Of a stretch of DNA of 64,000 bases, positions 1-10,945 are shown in pieces (positions within the stretch are counted from its first letter, which is position 1; each line of letters starts with the position of its first letter). Both the position numbers and the translations under genes were made by a program. The stretch is taken from contig CACJPA010000001.1 in assembly GCA_902595105.1 (NCBI GenBank), forward strand, positions 13,719 to 77,718, written 5' to 3'. The notes below the pieces were generated by a model. That model was not told the origin of the DNA and made no database searches. It saw only the letters and a list, made by a program, of their open reading frames with translations. The stretch comes from an uncultured Pelagibacteraceae bacterium (GTDB taxonomy: Bacteria > Pseudomonadota > Alphaproteobacteria > Pelagibacterales > Pelagibacteraceae).

Positions 1-566
1 TCGTACTGAAAAGATTGATCCTCCATTATTTTTATAAATGGTTTGAATTGATCTCTTTGAAGACCATCTTTATAAAGTTCAGAGATTTTAGTATTTGAAG
101 TTACAATTATTTGTATATCTTCTTTGAAGATTTGCTCAAACAACTTTCCTAAAATCATGGCATCAACTATATTAGTTACTTGAAACTCATCGAAGTAAAT
201 TAAGAATGCTTTTGATTTTAAATCTTTAACAAATTCATTAATAATATTTTCTTGGTTATCACCTTTTCTTTCATGAACAAAATTATGAAAACTCAACATA
301 AACTCATTAAAATGTAATCTTAATTTTTTATGATTTAATTGATCAAAAAAGAAATCTAAAATCATTGTTTTACCTACACCTACATCTCCATATAAATAAA
401 ACCCCTTTTTAAAAGATTGGCTTTGAAAAATTTTTGATATTAATGATTGGAAATTACCCTCGTAGTATTCTTGTAATTTTTTTACTAAATCTAACTGGCT
501 AGGATTAATTTCTAAATTTTGTTTTTTACAGTGAGATATAAATTCTTTTTCAAAAGGTAGAGCCAT
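1..566 (-). CDS. zapE: Cell division ATPase ZapE (AFG1 family), 5' part; runs off the window
   Basis: Not in ORF track; my translation from ATG at 566: MALPFEKEF...GFYLYGDVGVGKTMILDFFF...RLHFNEFM...YFDEFQVTNIVDAMILGKLF...VTSN...LYKDGLQRDQF (Walker A and AFG1 motifs). Confidence 0.9.
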   Translation of the reverse strand, partial: MALPFEKEFISHCKKQNLEINPSQLDLVKKLQEYYEGNFQSLISKIFQSQSFKKGFYLYGDVGVGKTMILDFFFDQLNHKKLRLHFNEFMLSFHNFVHERKGDNQENIINEFVKDLKSKAFLIYFDEFQVTNIVDAMILGKLFEQIFKEDIQIIVTSNTKISELYKDGLQRDQFKPFIKIMEDQSFQY

Positions 567-997
567 TAACTTCTTTTAGTTTTAAAATCGATACCATATT
601 CTGATCTTGGTCCTTTTCTTAAACCAAATGGTCCTGGAATAAATATTGTCATTGGTTTTGTACGCGGTTCTAAATCAACTCTATGAAAAGAGTTTGCGGA
701 TCTAAAACCAATGTATCCTGGCTTTCTCCAAAATCTTCCATTTTTCGTTGTTTCCCAGTATCCTCCTCTTAAAATTATTGTAATGTATGGGCATAAATGG
801 TTATGCACCCCATCGCCATGATCGTCATCTAACATTTCATGAATTAATATATTAAATGGAAACCATTTGGGTCTATTTCTGAATATCACATAGTATCTAT
901 TCATCCATGGTTTTGCTTCTTCAAATTTTGGGTGTGATGGTCCTCTATCTAGAACTACTTTTTTTCTTCCGATCTTTTCTAAAAATTTCAAGATCAT
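566..997 (-). CDS. Hypothetical protein with cupin-like metal motif
   Basis: 143 aa; HNH...IILRGGYWE and FHRV motifs; stop overlaps zapE start (TAATG). Confidence 0.6.
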   Translation of the reverse strand: MILKFLEKIGRKKVVLDRGPSHPKFEEAKPWMNRYYVIFRNRPKWFPFNILIHEMLDDDHGDGVHNHLCPYITIILRGGYWETTKNGRFWRKPGYIGFRSANSFHRVDLEPRTKPMTIFIPGPFGLRKGPRSEYGIDFKTKRS

Positions 998-999
998 AT

Positions 1000-2298
1000 T
1001 TAATTGTATTGTACGATAGACCCGTTTCTAACTACATACAAATTATTATTGAATATAAATGGCTCTGAAACAATGTCTCCAGAAACTTTTTCTGTTTTTA
1101 AAACTTTTCCTTCACTTAAATCAGCAATTATTATTTTTCCATCAGAATTTGTTAAATACAAATTAGTATTACCTATCACGAAACCAACTGGTTGAATTTC
1201 TTTTCTTTTTTTAATTTTATAATTAATAAAAAGATCTGTAATTCTAAGTATATTTCCTTTATTTTTTTCAATTACAAACAAATAACCATCATTAGAAACT
1301 GTAAAAATCAAATTACCAATAATTGTTGGAGTAATGTTGGAATTTAAATCATTTATCCAATTAACTAATCCTGTTTTTGCATCTACTGAATAAAATTCAT
1401 TTTTGTTATTGGAAAAAAAGATAGAATTTCCATCTGATACTAATTTTGATATTTTAAAATTATAAGTTTCATTGATGATACTACTGCTTTGAGTTGGTAA
1501 TTGCCAAGTGATTAATCCAGTCTCAACATCAACTGCTGTGATATCTCCGATTGAGTTACTAAATATCACCATTTCATTAATTATAATTAATGAATATTTT
1601 GCATTTGATATTGTAAATGAATCTTCCGTTTGCAAATTCCAACATTCGGACCCATCTTCAATTTTATAGCATCTCAAAGTATTTTTATAATCAACAACAA
1701 AAATTTTATCTTTATAACTTTTGATATCTGAATTAAATGGATATGTATTATTTTTTGACCAATTCAATTCGCCATTTTCAACATTAATCGAATAATATTT
1801 CGCAATACTATCTGTTATTAAAATATTATTTTCCTTAATTGCAAAATTTAACTTAGGTCTTAATTTTTTTTCTGACTTAGTGTAATGATTTTTTTTCCAT
1901 AACACTTTTTTATTATTGTCATATCTAATTATAGTACCTTTTTTATCAAAGAAAATTAATCCATCTGATAAGAAAATTGGCTTGTAATTATGATTATTTA
2001 TTTCATCTAACTTTGAGAATTTAAAATTACCTATTTTTTCTAATTGGCCTTCATAACTTTGGGCACTGTAGTTATTGGTATTATCTATTATTTTATTAGA
2101 TGTTCTTAATCCAGATAAATCAAGTTTAACTTCTTGATTAAATTCAGAAGCTTTTACAACTTCTTCTGAAAATATTTTTTTTACATTTTCTTTTTCTGAT
2201 AAATCTTTTTCTTTATCTTTCCAAATTTTTGAATTTTCATTTAAAGAACAATTATTTAGAAGAAAAAATATAATAAATAATGCTAATAATCTATTCAC
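1000..2298 (-). CDS. PQQ-like beta-propeller lipoprotein (BamB-like)
   Basis: N-terminal signal with lipobox-like Cys (LLNNCS); repeated GxxxW propeller motifs; follows YfgM-like gene. Confidence 0.75.
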   Translation of the reverse strand: MNRLLALFIIFFLLNNCSLNENSKIWKDKEKDLSEKENVKKIFSEEVVKASEFNQEVKLDLSGLRTSNKIIDNTNNYSAQSYEGQLEKIGNFKFSKLDEINNHNYKPIFLSDGLIFFDKKGTIIRYDNNKKVLWKKNHYTKSEKKLRPKLNFAIKENNILITDSIAKYYSINVENGELNWSKNNTYPFNSDIKSYKDKIFVVDYKNTLRCYKIEDGSECWNLQTEDSFTISNAKYSLIIINEMVIFSNSIGDITAVDVETGLITWQLPTQSSSIINETYNFKISKLVSDGNSIFFSNNKNEFYSVDAKTGLVNWINDLNSNITPTIIGNLIFTVSNDGYLFVIEKNKGNILRITDLFINYKIKKRKEIQPVGFVIGNTNLYLTNSDGKIIIADLSEGKVLKTEKVSGDIVSEPFIFNNNLYVVRNGSIVQYN

Positions 2299-2935
2299 TC
2301 AAATCTCTGTTTAGTCTTTTCTCTGATTCTATTCTTATATCTGGATTTGGATTTTCTAAAGTCGTTATTTGTTGAAAAAACTCTTTTGCTTTTTGTTTTT
2401 GATCTTGTGCATAAAAATATTCGGCCATTAAATATAATGCGTGCGACTTCCATACACTATCTGAATTAATTAATGGATTTAGCATATTTAGCAAATCAGC
2501 TTCATTTGCCTGATCTGCATTAAATAGTGCCTTCTTATAAATAACTAAATTTTTAATTTCTTTATCTAGTGATGTTTTGTCAATTATGACATCAAATAAT
2601 TTATTAACCTCGCTTTGATCAGAAAGGAGGTTGTTATCAATTATAAAGTAAAGAGAGAGAGGAGAATAAGTTGGATCTTTTTGATTAATTATCTCCAATA
2701 ATTTGTTTAGAGTTGTGTCTTTAGAACTTTCAGAATGATCGATCGTGATTGCATTAAAATTATCAGATATCTGTCTTTTTTTATCAGTTGTATATTTATC
2801 ATAACTGTAAACACTTATTACTATTAAAACTAATATAATAATTGATGAAATTAGAAGTTTTTTGTTATTAACAAAAAAGTTCTTAATTTTTTCATTTCTA
2901 GTATTTGCATTTATTATTGATAAATCTTCATCCAT
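2291..2935 (-). CDS. Membrane-anchored TPR-like protein (YfgM-like)
   Basis: Single N-terminal TM, helical C-terminus, position upstream of BamB-like gene. Confidence 0.65.
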   Translation of the reverse strand: MDEDLSIINANTRNEKIKNFFVNNKKLLISSIIILVLIVISVYSYDKYTTDKKRQISDNFNAITIDHSESSKDTTLNKLLEIINQKDPTYSPLSLYFIIDNNLLSDQSEVNKLFDVIIDKTSLDKEIKNLVIYKKALFNADQANEADLLNMLNPLINSDSVWKSHALYLMAEYFYAQDQKQKAKEFFQQITTLENPNPDIRIESEKRLNRDLSE

Positions 2936-2936
2936 A

Positions 2937-5606
2937 TTAAATCATGTTCCTTAACACATATTGGAGAATTCCTCCATTTTTATAATATTCTAACTCATTT
3001 TTAGTATCTATTCTGGATAAAGTCTTCACTTTTTTAATTTCTCCAGAGATATATTTGATCTCTATAACAACTTCATCAGAAGGATTTATACCTTTTTCAA
3101 TATCAACTACGCTTATTAGTTCTGAGCCAACTAAATTTAAGCTTTTTCTACTTTCTCCATCTTTAAATTGCAGTGGTAAAATTCCCATCCCAATTAAGTT
3201 TGATCTATGAATTCTTTCAAAGCTTTCAGCAATTACCGCTTTTACTCCTAAAAGTTTAGTTCCTTTAGCGGCCCAATCTCTTGAAGAGCCAGTTCCATAT
3301 TCTTTACCACCTATTACAACTAAATCAGTTCCTCTTTTTTTATACTCAACAACTGCATCATAAATAGGCATTACTTTTTCTTCAGGATATAATTTTGTAA
3401 ATCCACCTTCAGTTCCTGGCGCCATTTCATTTCTAATTCTAATATTTGCAAAAGTTCCTCTCATCATAACTTCATGGTTCCCTCTTCTTGAGCCATAAGA
3501 ATTATAATCTTTAGGTAAAATTTGATGTTCCATAAAATATTCTCCAGTTGGACTATCTTTTTGTATACTTCCGGCTGGTGAAATATGATCTGTTGTTATC
3601 ATGTCTCCTAAGATTAATAACGGTCTTGCATCTTTAATTTCTTTAAATCCTTCTGGTTCATCAGACAAACCATCAAAGAATGGAGGTTTTTTTACATAAG
3701 TTGAACCTTCGTCCCATTTGTAAATACTGCTTTTTTCAGTTTTAATTTGTTGCCATTGAGCAGGACCATCAGAAACATTTGAGTATCTTTGAATAAACAT
3801 ATCAGCATTCAAAGATTGTTTAAGAGTATCTTCTATTTCTTGATTTGATGGCCAAATATCTTTTAAAAATATATCCTTTCCATCTTTACTTTTTCCTAAT
3901 GGATCTTTGTATAAATCAAACTCCATATGACCCGCAATTGCATAAGCAACTACTAATGGTGGAGAAGCTAAATAGTTTGCTTTGATGTGAGGAGAAATTC
4001 TTCCTTCAAAATTTCTATTTCCAGATAGTACAGAAACAGCATGAATATTTTCTTTTTGAATTGCCTCTACTATATTTTCAGGCAATGGTCCTGAGTTGCC
4101 AATACAAGTGGTACACCCATATCCAACTAAATTAAAACCTAATTGATCTAAATAAGTATTTAAACCAGCTTTTTCTAAATAGTCAGTTACTACTTGAGAT
4201 CCAGGTGCTAATGATGTTTTAACCCATGGTTTAACTTCTAATCCATACTCAACAGCTTTTTTTGCAAGCAAACCTGCTCCAATTAAAACATTTGGATTTG
4301 AAGTATTAGTACATGAAGTTATTGCGGCAATTAAAATTGAACCATCTTGAATTTCATAATCAGTATTTGAAACTTTCGATATTGATTTTTGATCTTTATT
4401 AGTTGCTTCAGATAAAACTTTTTTAAATGAAGTTGGTGCATCAGTTAACAAAACTTTATCTTGAGGTCTTTTTGGACCAGAAATAGTTGGTACAACTGTG
4501 GACATGTCTAAAGAAATTACATCAGTAAACTCTAAATCGTTACTTGCCCACAAACCTTGTTCTTTTGCATATTTTTCAACTACTTCAACAGTGTGCTGAT
4601 CTCTTCCTGAAAATTTTAAATATTTTAAAGTTTCATCATCTATTGGAAAAAAACCACAAGTAGCACCATATTCTGGAGCCATATTTGCAATAGTTGCTCT
4701 ATCTGCAAGAGTTAGATTTTTTAATCCATCTCCATAAAACTCTACAAATTTTCCGACAACACCTTTGTCTCTCAACATTTTTACCACTGTTAAAACAAGA
4801 TCTGTTGCTGTTGTACCTTCTGGCATTTTATTTTTAACTTCAAAACCAATCACTTCAGGTATCAACATAGATATAGGTTGACCTAACATTCCTGCCTCTG
4901 CCTCAATACCACCCACTCCCCAGCCTAAAACGGAAAGTCCATTAACCATCGTTGTATGGCTGTCTGTGCCGACAAGTGTATCTGGAAATATATATTTCTC
5001 ACCTTTAAATTCTTCAGACCAAACTACTTTAGATAAGTATTCTAAATTTACCTGATGACAAATTCCTGTTCCTGGAGGGACAATTCTAAAATTATCAAAA
5101 GCTTGTTGTCCCCATTTTAAAAATGAATATCTTTCACCATTTCTATTGAATTCTATATCTACATTTTTTTCAAATGAATCTGATTTTGCAGATTGGTCAA
5201 CTTGTACAGAATGATCAATAACAAGATCAACTGCTGATAATGGATTGATTGTATTTGGATCTTTATTTTTTTCTTTAACAGCTTCCCTCATAGCAGCTAG
5301 ATCTGCAACAGCAGGAATTCCTGTGTAATCTTGAAGTAAAACTCTTGCAGGTCTGTATGCAATTTCAGTTTTAGATTTTTTTGTTTCTAACCAATTTTTA
5401 ATTGCTTCTATTTGAGACTTTGTAACACTTAAATCATCTTCATATCTTAATAAGTTTTCTAATAAAACTTTTAGAGATTTAGGAAGTTTACTAATCCCTT
5501 CTAGCCCATTTTTTTCTGCTTCTCTTAATGAGTAATAATTATATTCTTTATTATTTATACTGATTTTTTTTAATGAATTGTAAGAATTTTTATTCCCTGG
5601 TGTCAT
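2937..5606 (-). CDS. acnA: Aconitate hydratase A
   Basis: 889 aa; DSHTTM, AAITSCTNTSNP, GYGCTTCIGNSG, TTDHISPAG, GSSRDWAAKG motifs. Confidence 0.98.
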   Translation of the reverse strand: MTPGNKNSYNSLKKISINNKEYNYYSLREAEKNGLEGISKLPKSLKVLLENLLRYEDDLSVTKSQIEAIKNWLETKKSKTEIAYRPARVLLQDYTGIPAVADLAAMREAVKEKNKDPNTINPLSAVDLVIDHSVQVDQSAKSDSFEKNVDIEFNRNGERYSFLKWGQQAFDNFRIVPPGTGICHQVNLEYLSKVVWSEEFKGEKYIFPDTLVGTDSHTTMVNGLSVLGWGVGGIEAEAGMLGQPISMLIPEVIGFEVKNKMPEGTTATDLVLTVVKMLRDKGVVGKFVEFYGDGLKNLTLADRATIANMAPEYGATCGFFPIDDETLKYLKFSGRDQHTVEVVEKYAKEQGLWASNDLEFTDVISLDMSTVVPTISGPKRPQDKVLLTDAPTSFKKVLSEATNKDQKSISKVSNTDYEIQDGSILIAAITSCTNTSNPNVLIGAGLLAKKAVEYGLEVKPWVKTSLAPGSQVVTDYLEKAGLNTYLDQLGFNLVGYGCTTCIGNSGPLPENIVEAIQKENIHAVSVLSGNRNFEGRISPHIKANYLASPPLVVAYAIAGHMEFDLYKDPLGKSKDGKDIFLKDIWPSNQEIEDTLKQSLNADMFIQRYSNVSDGPAQWQQIKTEKSSIYKWDEGSTYVKKPPFFDGLSDEPEGFKEIKDARPLLILGDMITTDHISPAGSIQKDSPTGEYFMEHQILPKDYNSYGSRRGNHEVMMRGTFANIRIRNEMAPGTEGGFTKLYPEEKVMPIYDAVVEYKKRGTDLVVIGGKEYGTGSSRDWAAKGTKLLGVKAVIAESFERIHRSNLIGMGILPLQFKDGESRKSLNLVGSELISVVDIEKGINPSDEVVIEIKYISGEIKKVKTLSRIDTKNELEYYKNGGILQYVLRNMI

Positions 5607-5609
5607 TTT

Positions 5610-6203
5610 TTATAAATAAAAAGTTATTATGCTTGTTAAAAGAAGCAGTGACATAGCATAATTAAAATAATTAATAAATTTCTGATTTGTCGCAAATTTC
5701 CTAAAGAATTTGCCCAAAAAAGTCCAAAGAGTTATGCTTGTTACTGAAACTAGTAAAGCCATAACAAGAATTTGAGTCGTATAACTAACAAATGTTTCTC
5801 CTGGATTTATATAGGTCGATACAAGAATAATGGATGCAATTACACCTTTTGGATTTAAAAACTGAAAGATAAAAGTTTCATGAAATCTAATTGGATTTTT
5901 ATTTTTATTTTCTTGATTTGAGGGACCTGAGAAAGAAATTTTATAAGCTAAATAAATCAAAAATAGAGTTCCTAAATATTTTAATATTTCTTGAATTAAA
6001 GGATAAAGCTTAAATATATTTATCAAACCTAAAGCTAGGCATAATAATAAAAATGGAAAACCTAGGGTGACACCAATTATATGCGGAAGTGTTCTAATTA
6101 TACCAAAGTTAAAACCAGAATAAAAAGCTACAAAGTTATTAGGTCCAGGTGTAAAAGCAGCAACAATTCCAAATAAAGTTATTGAGAGAATTTCAGGATG
6201 CAT
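5610..6203 (-). CDS. LysE-family translocator
   Basis: TPGPNN and FQFLNPKG motifs, hydrophobic 197 aa. Confidence 0.9.
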   Translation of the reverse strand: MHPEILSITLFGIVAAFTPGPNNFVAFYSGFNFGIIRTLPHIIGVTLGFPFLLLCLALGLINIFKLYPLIQEILKYLGTLFLIYLAYKISFSGPSNQENKNKNPIRFHETFIFQFLNPKGVIASIILVSTYINPGETFVSYTTQILVMALLVSVTSITLWTFLGKFFRKFATNQKFINYFNYAMSLLLLTSIITFYL

Positions 6204-6205
6204 TA

Positions 6206-6550
6206 CTAAGCAATTGGTAAACCATTCTCAGCTTTTTGTGATGGATGTACAAGCGTAACTTTCCCTTCAGCATCGATTGCTCCTAAAACCAATACTTGTG
6301 AAACTACTCCAGCAATATTTTTCTCAGGAAAATTACAAACTGCAATAACTTGTTTTCCTCTTAAATTCTCCTCATTATAATAATGAGTAATTTGTGCTGA
6401 TGATTGTTTGATGCCTATTTCGCTTCCAAAATCTACTTCAACTACCAAAGATGGTTTTCTTGCCTTTTCATTTTTTTTTACTGAAACTACGGTGCCAACT
6501 CTAATATCTAATTTGTCAAAAATGTCATAGGTAATTTGCTCTTTAATCAT
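6206..6550 (-). CDS. csaA: tRNA-binding/secretion chaperone CsaA
   Basis: LDIRVGTV, KQSSAQIT, VCNFPEKNIAG, SQVLVLG motifs. Confidence 0.9.
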   Translation of the reverse strand: MIKEQITYDIFDKLDIRVGTVVSVKKNEKARKPSLVVEVDFGSEIGIKQSSAQITHYYNEENLRGKQVIAVCNFPEKNIAGVVSQVLVLGAIDAEGKVTLVHPSQKAENGLPIA

Positions 6551-6574
6551 AATATAATATAGTGTTTTAAGTTT

Positions 6575-7753
6575 ATGAGTATAGATAACAATTTATATGA
6601 AAAATCAATCAAGATTTTAACCGACTTAATCGCATTTAAGACTATCTCAGGTCAAGACAATAGTAGTTTAATAGATTATTGTGAAAACATTTTAAATAGC
6701 ATTGGAATAGATACTTTCAAAGTTTATGATGATGACAAAAAAAGAGTTAATCTCTTTGGAACTTTAAAAGCAAAAAATCAAAGCTCAAAAAAACCAATAA
6801 TATTATCTGGTCACACAGATGTGGTTCCAGTTTCTAAAGGTTGGAGCAGTGACCCATTCGTTGCAACAATTAAAAACGATAAACTTTATGGAAGAGGCTC
6901 ATGTGACATGAAAGGTTTTATTGCATGTACGCTCGCTTACGCGCCAATCTTTAAAGAAAGTAATTTAGATAGAGATTTACATTTCTGTTACACATTTGAT
7001 GAAGAAACTGCTTGTATTGGTGCACCTTTATTAATTGAGGAATTGAAAAAAAGAGATATCAAAAATGGAATTTGTATAATTGGTGAACCAACTACAATGA
7101 AAATTATAGATGCGCACAAAGGTATGAATGAATACACAGTTCACTTTGGAGGACTAGCGGGACATAGTTCAAAACCACATTTGGGAGTAAATGCTGCAGA
7201 ATATGCAACAAGGTATGTTGGAAAACTTTTAGAAATAAGAGAAGAGCTAAAAAAAAGAGTTAATGAAAATAGTATTTTTGATCCTCCACATTCAACTCTA
7301 TCTATTGGAGGTATTAAAGGTGGTATTGCTCATAATGTTATTGCAGACAAATGTAGTGTTGAATGGGAAACAAGACCAGTTGTAAAAGAGGATGGAGAAT
7401 TTGTAACAAATGAAATTGATAAATATGCAAATGAAGTACTCTTGCCAGAAATGAAAAAAGTATTTCCAGATTCTTATATTAAAAAAGAAACAATTGGTGA
7501 AGTTGTTGGATTTAACAGATTAGATGAATCTGAGGCGTGTGAATTTGTATCAAATATAACTGGTGATAATTCTAGAGAAGTAGTTTCTTTTGGAACTGAA
7601 GCTGGATTATTTCAAGAATTAGGAATTAGCACAGTTGTTTGTGGACCCGGTTCTATTGAACAGGCTCACAAAATTGATGAGTTTATAGAATTAAACGAAA
7701 TGAAAAAATGCCTTAAATTTTTAGAAGGTGTAAAAGATAAATCGGTAAATTAA
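6575..7753 (+). CDS. argE: Acetylornithine deacetylase (M20 family)
   Basis: LSGHTDVVP, GRGSCDMKGF, DEE, GEPT, GHSS, FGTEAG, QAHKIDE. Confidence 0.88.
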   Translation: MSIDNNLYEKSIKILTDLIAFKTISGQDNSSLIDYCENILNSIGIDTFKVYDDDKKRVNLFGTLKAKNQSSKKPIILSGHTDVVPVSKGWSSDPFVATIKNDKLYGRGSCDMKGFIACTLAYAPIFKESNLDRDLHFCYTFDEETACIGAPLLIEELKKRDIKNGICIIGEPTTMKIIDAHKGMNEYTVHFGGLAGHSSKPHLGVNAAEYATRYVGKLLEIREELKKRVNENSIFDPPHSTLSIGGIKGGIAHNVIADKCSVEWETRPVVKEDGEFVTNEIDKYANEVLLPEMKKVFPDSYIKKETIGEVVGFNRLDESEACEFVSNITGDNSREVVSFGTEAGLFQELGISTVVCGPGSIEQAHKIDEFIELNEMKKCLKFLEGVKDKSVN

Positions 7754-9183
7754 CTCCAACCACCTACAGCTTTTACTTCTAAAAATTCCTCTAAGCCGTG
7801 TTCACCAGCTTCTCTACCAATACCAGAGTGTTTAAAACCTCCAAATGGTGCATCAACCGCAATACCAGCTCCGTTAACATCCACCATTCCAGATCTTAAT
7901 TTTCTAGCAACTCTTTGAACTTTTTCAGAATCTTGGGTTTGAATATAGTTTGTTAATCCATAAGAAGTATCATTTGCAATTTTAATTGCCTCTTCTTCTG
8001 TTTCAAATGGGATAACAGATAAGACAGGCCCAAAAATTTCAGTTCTTGCAACATCCATTTCATTATTTACATCTGCAAATACAGTTGGTTTAACAAAGTA
8101 ACCTTTGTCTAATCCATCAGGTTTACCTATTCCTCCAGCAACTAATTTTGCTCCTTCATCGATACCTTTTTGAATTAAAGTTTGAATTTTATTGTATTGA
8201 GTTTCTGAAATAACTGGACCTATGTGCTCTCCTTCTTTTTTAGGATCACCAACTTCAAAGTTTTCAGTATATTTTTTTAATCTATCTATAGCTTCATCAT
8301 ACATTGATTTTTCAACCAACATTCTTGTTGGAGCATTGCAAGATTGTCCAGAATTTCTAAAACATCTTAAAGCACCTCTTTCAATTGCTTCTGGATCAGC
8401 ATCTTTAAAAATAATATTTGCTCCTTTTCCACCTAGCTCTAAGCTTACCCTTTTAAAATCTTTTGCAGCATTTTGAGAAATTAAAGCTCCTGCTCTTGTT
8501 GAACCCGTGAAAGAAATCATATTAATATCTGGATGGCTTGTAAGAGCATCACCTGTAGTTGCTCCATCACCATTAACTAAATTAAACACACCTTTTGGAA
8601 ATTTTACTTCATCGATAATTTCAGCAAGTATCATTGATGAAAGTGGTGCTAATTCTGACGGCTTTAAAACCATTGTACAACCAGCAGCAATTGCTGGCAT
8701 CACTTTTAAACAAACTTGGTTCATGGGCCAATTCCAAGGTGTTATTAATGCACAAACACCTTTTGGTTCATAAATTAATCTTTGGTTGGGAGCGTGTTCT
8801 CCTAATGGTTTTTCAAATTTGAAATTTTTTAAATATCTGATGAATGATTTAATATGACTTGCACCTGTTCCTGCTTGCAATTTTGTTGCAAAATCTTTTG
8901 GAGCACCCATTTCAAGAGTTATCGCTTCTGCAATATCAGCCCATCTTTTCTTATAATTTTCATAAAGTTTTTCTAATAACCTAATTCTTTCTTCTTTAGA
9001 AGAGAATGCCCAAGAATCGTAAGCATCTTTTGCTGCACCAACCGCTAAATCAACATCTGCCTTATTTCCTAAAGTAATTACAGCACAGTTTTCCTCTGTA
9101 GCTGGATCGATTACTTTAATTTCCTCAGAGCTATTTGGTTTAATCCATGCTCCATCAATATAAAAATTTTTTTTATCTAACAT
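7750..9183 (-). CDS. NAD-dependent aldehyde dehydrogenase
   Basis: ITPWNWP, FTGST, LELGGK, GQSCNAP, EIFGPV. Confidence 0.95.
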   Translation of the reverse strand: MLDKKNFYIDGAWIKPNSSEEIKVIDPATEENCAVITLGNKADVDLAVGAAKDAYDSWAFSSKEERIRLLEKLYENYKKRWADIAEAITLEMGAPKDFATKLQAGTGASHIKSFIRYLKNFKFEKPLGEHAPNQRLIYEPKGVCALITPWNWPMNQVCLKVMPAIAAGCTMVLKPSELAPLSSMILAEIIDEVKFPKGVFNLVNGDGATTGDALTSHPDINMISFTGSTRAGALISQNAAKDFKRVSLELGGKGANIIFKDADPEAIERGALRCFRNSGQSCNAPTRMLVEKSMYDEAIDRLKKYTENFEVGDPKKEGEHIGPVISETQYNKIQTLIQKGIDEGAKLVAGGIGKPDGLDKGYFVKPTVFADVNNEMDVARTEIFGPVLSVIPFETEEEAIKIANDTSYGLTNYIQTQDSEKVQRVARKLRSGMVDVNGAGIAVDAPFGGFKHSGIGREAGEHGLEEFLEVKAVGGWS

Positions 9184-9203
9184 GGCTTAAAATTATCCTT
9201 TCC

Positions 9204-10163
9204 TTAAGATTTTGCAAATAAATTTGTTAATTCATAAACTATTGTTGCGGCTGCAAGAGATGTAACTTCTGCATGGTCATAAGCGGGTGAAACTTCTACC
9301 ACATCAGCAGAAACTAAATTTAATCCTGACAACCCTCTTAAAACATTTACCATTTCTCTTGTTGTCATTCCTGCAATTTCTGGTGTACCTGTACCTGGGG
9401 CAAATGCTGGATCCAAAACATCAATATCTATAGATAGATAAAGTGGATTGTCTCCTACTCTTTTTCTAATCCTTTCAGCAATTTTATCTGTTCCTTCAGT
9501 TTGAAATTCATCGCAGTGAATTATTTTGAAACCAAAACTTTCATCATTTTTAATATCATCTCTACTATAAAGAGGTCCTCTTATTCCCACATGCATTGAG
9601 GCATCGTCTAAAAATAAACCTTCTTCTCTTGCTCTTCTAAAAGGTGTTCCATGCGTATATGGTGCACCGAAATAAGTATCCCAAGTATCTAAATGAGCAT
9701 CAAAATGAACTAAAGAAACTGGTCCTTTGTTTTTTTTATTAATCGCTCTTAACAATGGCACTGCAATTGTATGATCACCACCTAAACTAATTATTCCACC
9801 TACTTTATTTAATAAATCAGTTGCTCCCTCTTCTATTTGTTTAATTGCTTCATCAATGCTAAATGGATTACAAGAAATATCTCCAGCATCAGCAACTTGT
9901 TGAATTTTAAAAGGCTCTACATCATAACTTGGATGATAATTTGTTCTCAAATGTCTTGATGCTTGTCGGATACTCTGAGGGCCAAATCTTGCTCCAGGCC
10001 TATAACTAGTTCCAGCATCAAATGGAATACCGACAATTGCAACATCACAACTTTCAACATCTCTTAATTCTGGCAATCTTGCAAAAGTACTTGGTCCAGC
10101 AAATCGTGGTACTTTCGTTCCACTTACTGGTTGAATAGGATTTTTGTTTCTTTCTTTTGTCAT
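9204..10163 (-). CDS. speB: Agmatinase / guanidinobutyrase (canonical ureohydrolase)
   Basis: GGDHT, FDAHLDT, HGTPF, SIDIDVLDP, GTGTPE, DVVEVSP all intact. Confidence 0.9.
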   Translation of the reverse strand: MTKERNKNPIQPVSGTKVPRFAGPSTFARLPELRDVESCDVAIVGIPFDAGTSYRPGARFGPQSIRQASRHLRTNYHPSYDVEPFKIQQVADAGDISCNPFSIDEAIKQIEEGATDLLNKVGGIISLGGDHTIAVPLLRAINKKNKGPVSLVHFDAHLDTWDTYFGAPYTHGTPFRRAREEGLFLDDASMHVGIRGPLYSRDDIKNDESFGFKIIHCDEFQTEGTDKIAERIRKRVGDNPLYLSIDIDVLDPAFAPGTGTPEIAGMTTREMVNVLRGLSGLNLVSADVVEVSPAYDHAEVTSLAAATIVYELTNLFAKS

Positions 10164-10216
10164 TTTTTATTAATCTAAGATAATATGATCCAATCTAATT
10201 CGTCTATAATAAATTA

Positions 10217-10945
10217 ATGAAAATTATATTATTATTCATCTTAATATTTCAGTTTTCCCATGTAAATGCTGATGAAATATACAATCTAATAAAAATTCCA
10301 AACTTAGAAATCTACAAGCTAAAAAACGAGAATAATATCCGTTATCTAAATGCAAAAGAAGATTTTAAAATAGGAGTAGATGACAACATTACTTGCAATA
10401 AGACAAATCAAGGAAGTCTTAATACAAAATTTCCTATTATTGAAAGAAATATAAAAAGATATAATGCAAAATTCCTAAAAAAAATAAATTTAAAATACAT
10501 TGTATTTTGTGAAGGCTTATTTATTTCGAACATTAATACTGGTGGAATACCAGATAATAAAAATAGAACTTTAATATTAGACATTAACTTTAATGAAAAA
10601 TATTTTGAAAGAATGATCCATCATGAAATTTTTCATATGATTCAAAATAGTTATGAGGATGATTTAAATGATCAAAAATTTTCTTTATTTAACAATTCTG
10701 ACTTCGAATACGCTGAATGCTCCACTTGCTCTGATAGATTAAATTTAGATTTGTATAAAAATACAAATGGTTTTTTAACAGAATATTCAAAATCAATTCC
10801 ATCAGAAGATATGGCTGAAATCTTTTCTTTTTTAATGGTTAATAAAAATTTAATTGAACAGAAAATAAAAAATGACCCAATATTAAATAATAAGGTTAAT
10901 TTTATTAAAACCAATATATTTAAAATTGATGAAAATATTTTATGA
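10217..10945 (+). CDS. Exported putative zinc metallopeptidase
   Basis: Signal peptide; HHEIFH (HExxH) and downstream EDMAE third-ligand motif. Confidence 0.65.
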   Translation: MKIILLFILIFQFSHVNADEIYNLIKIPNLEIYKLKNENNIRYLNAKEDFKIGVDDNITCNKTNQGSLNTKFPIIERNIKRYNAKFLKKINLKYIVFCEGLFISNINTGGIPDNKNRTLILDINFNEKYFERMIHHEIFHMIQNSYEDDLNDQKFSLFNNSDFEYAECSTCSDRLNLDLYKNTNGFLTEYSKSIPSEDMAEIFSFLMVNKNLIEQKIKNDPILNNKVNFIKTNIFKIDENIL

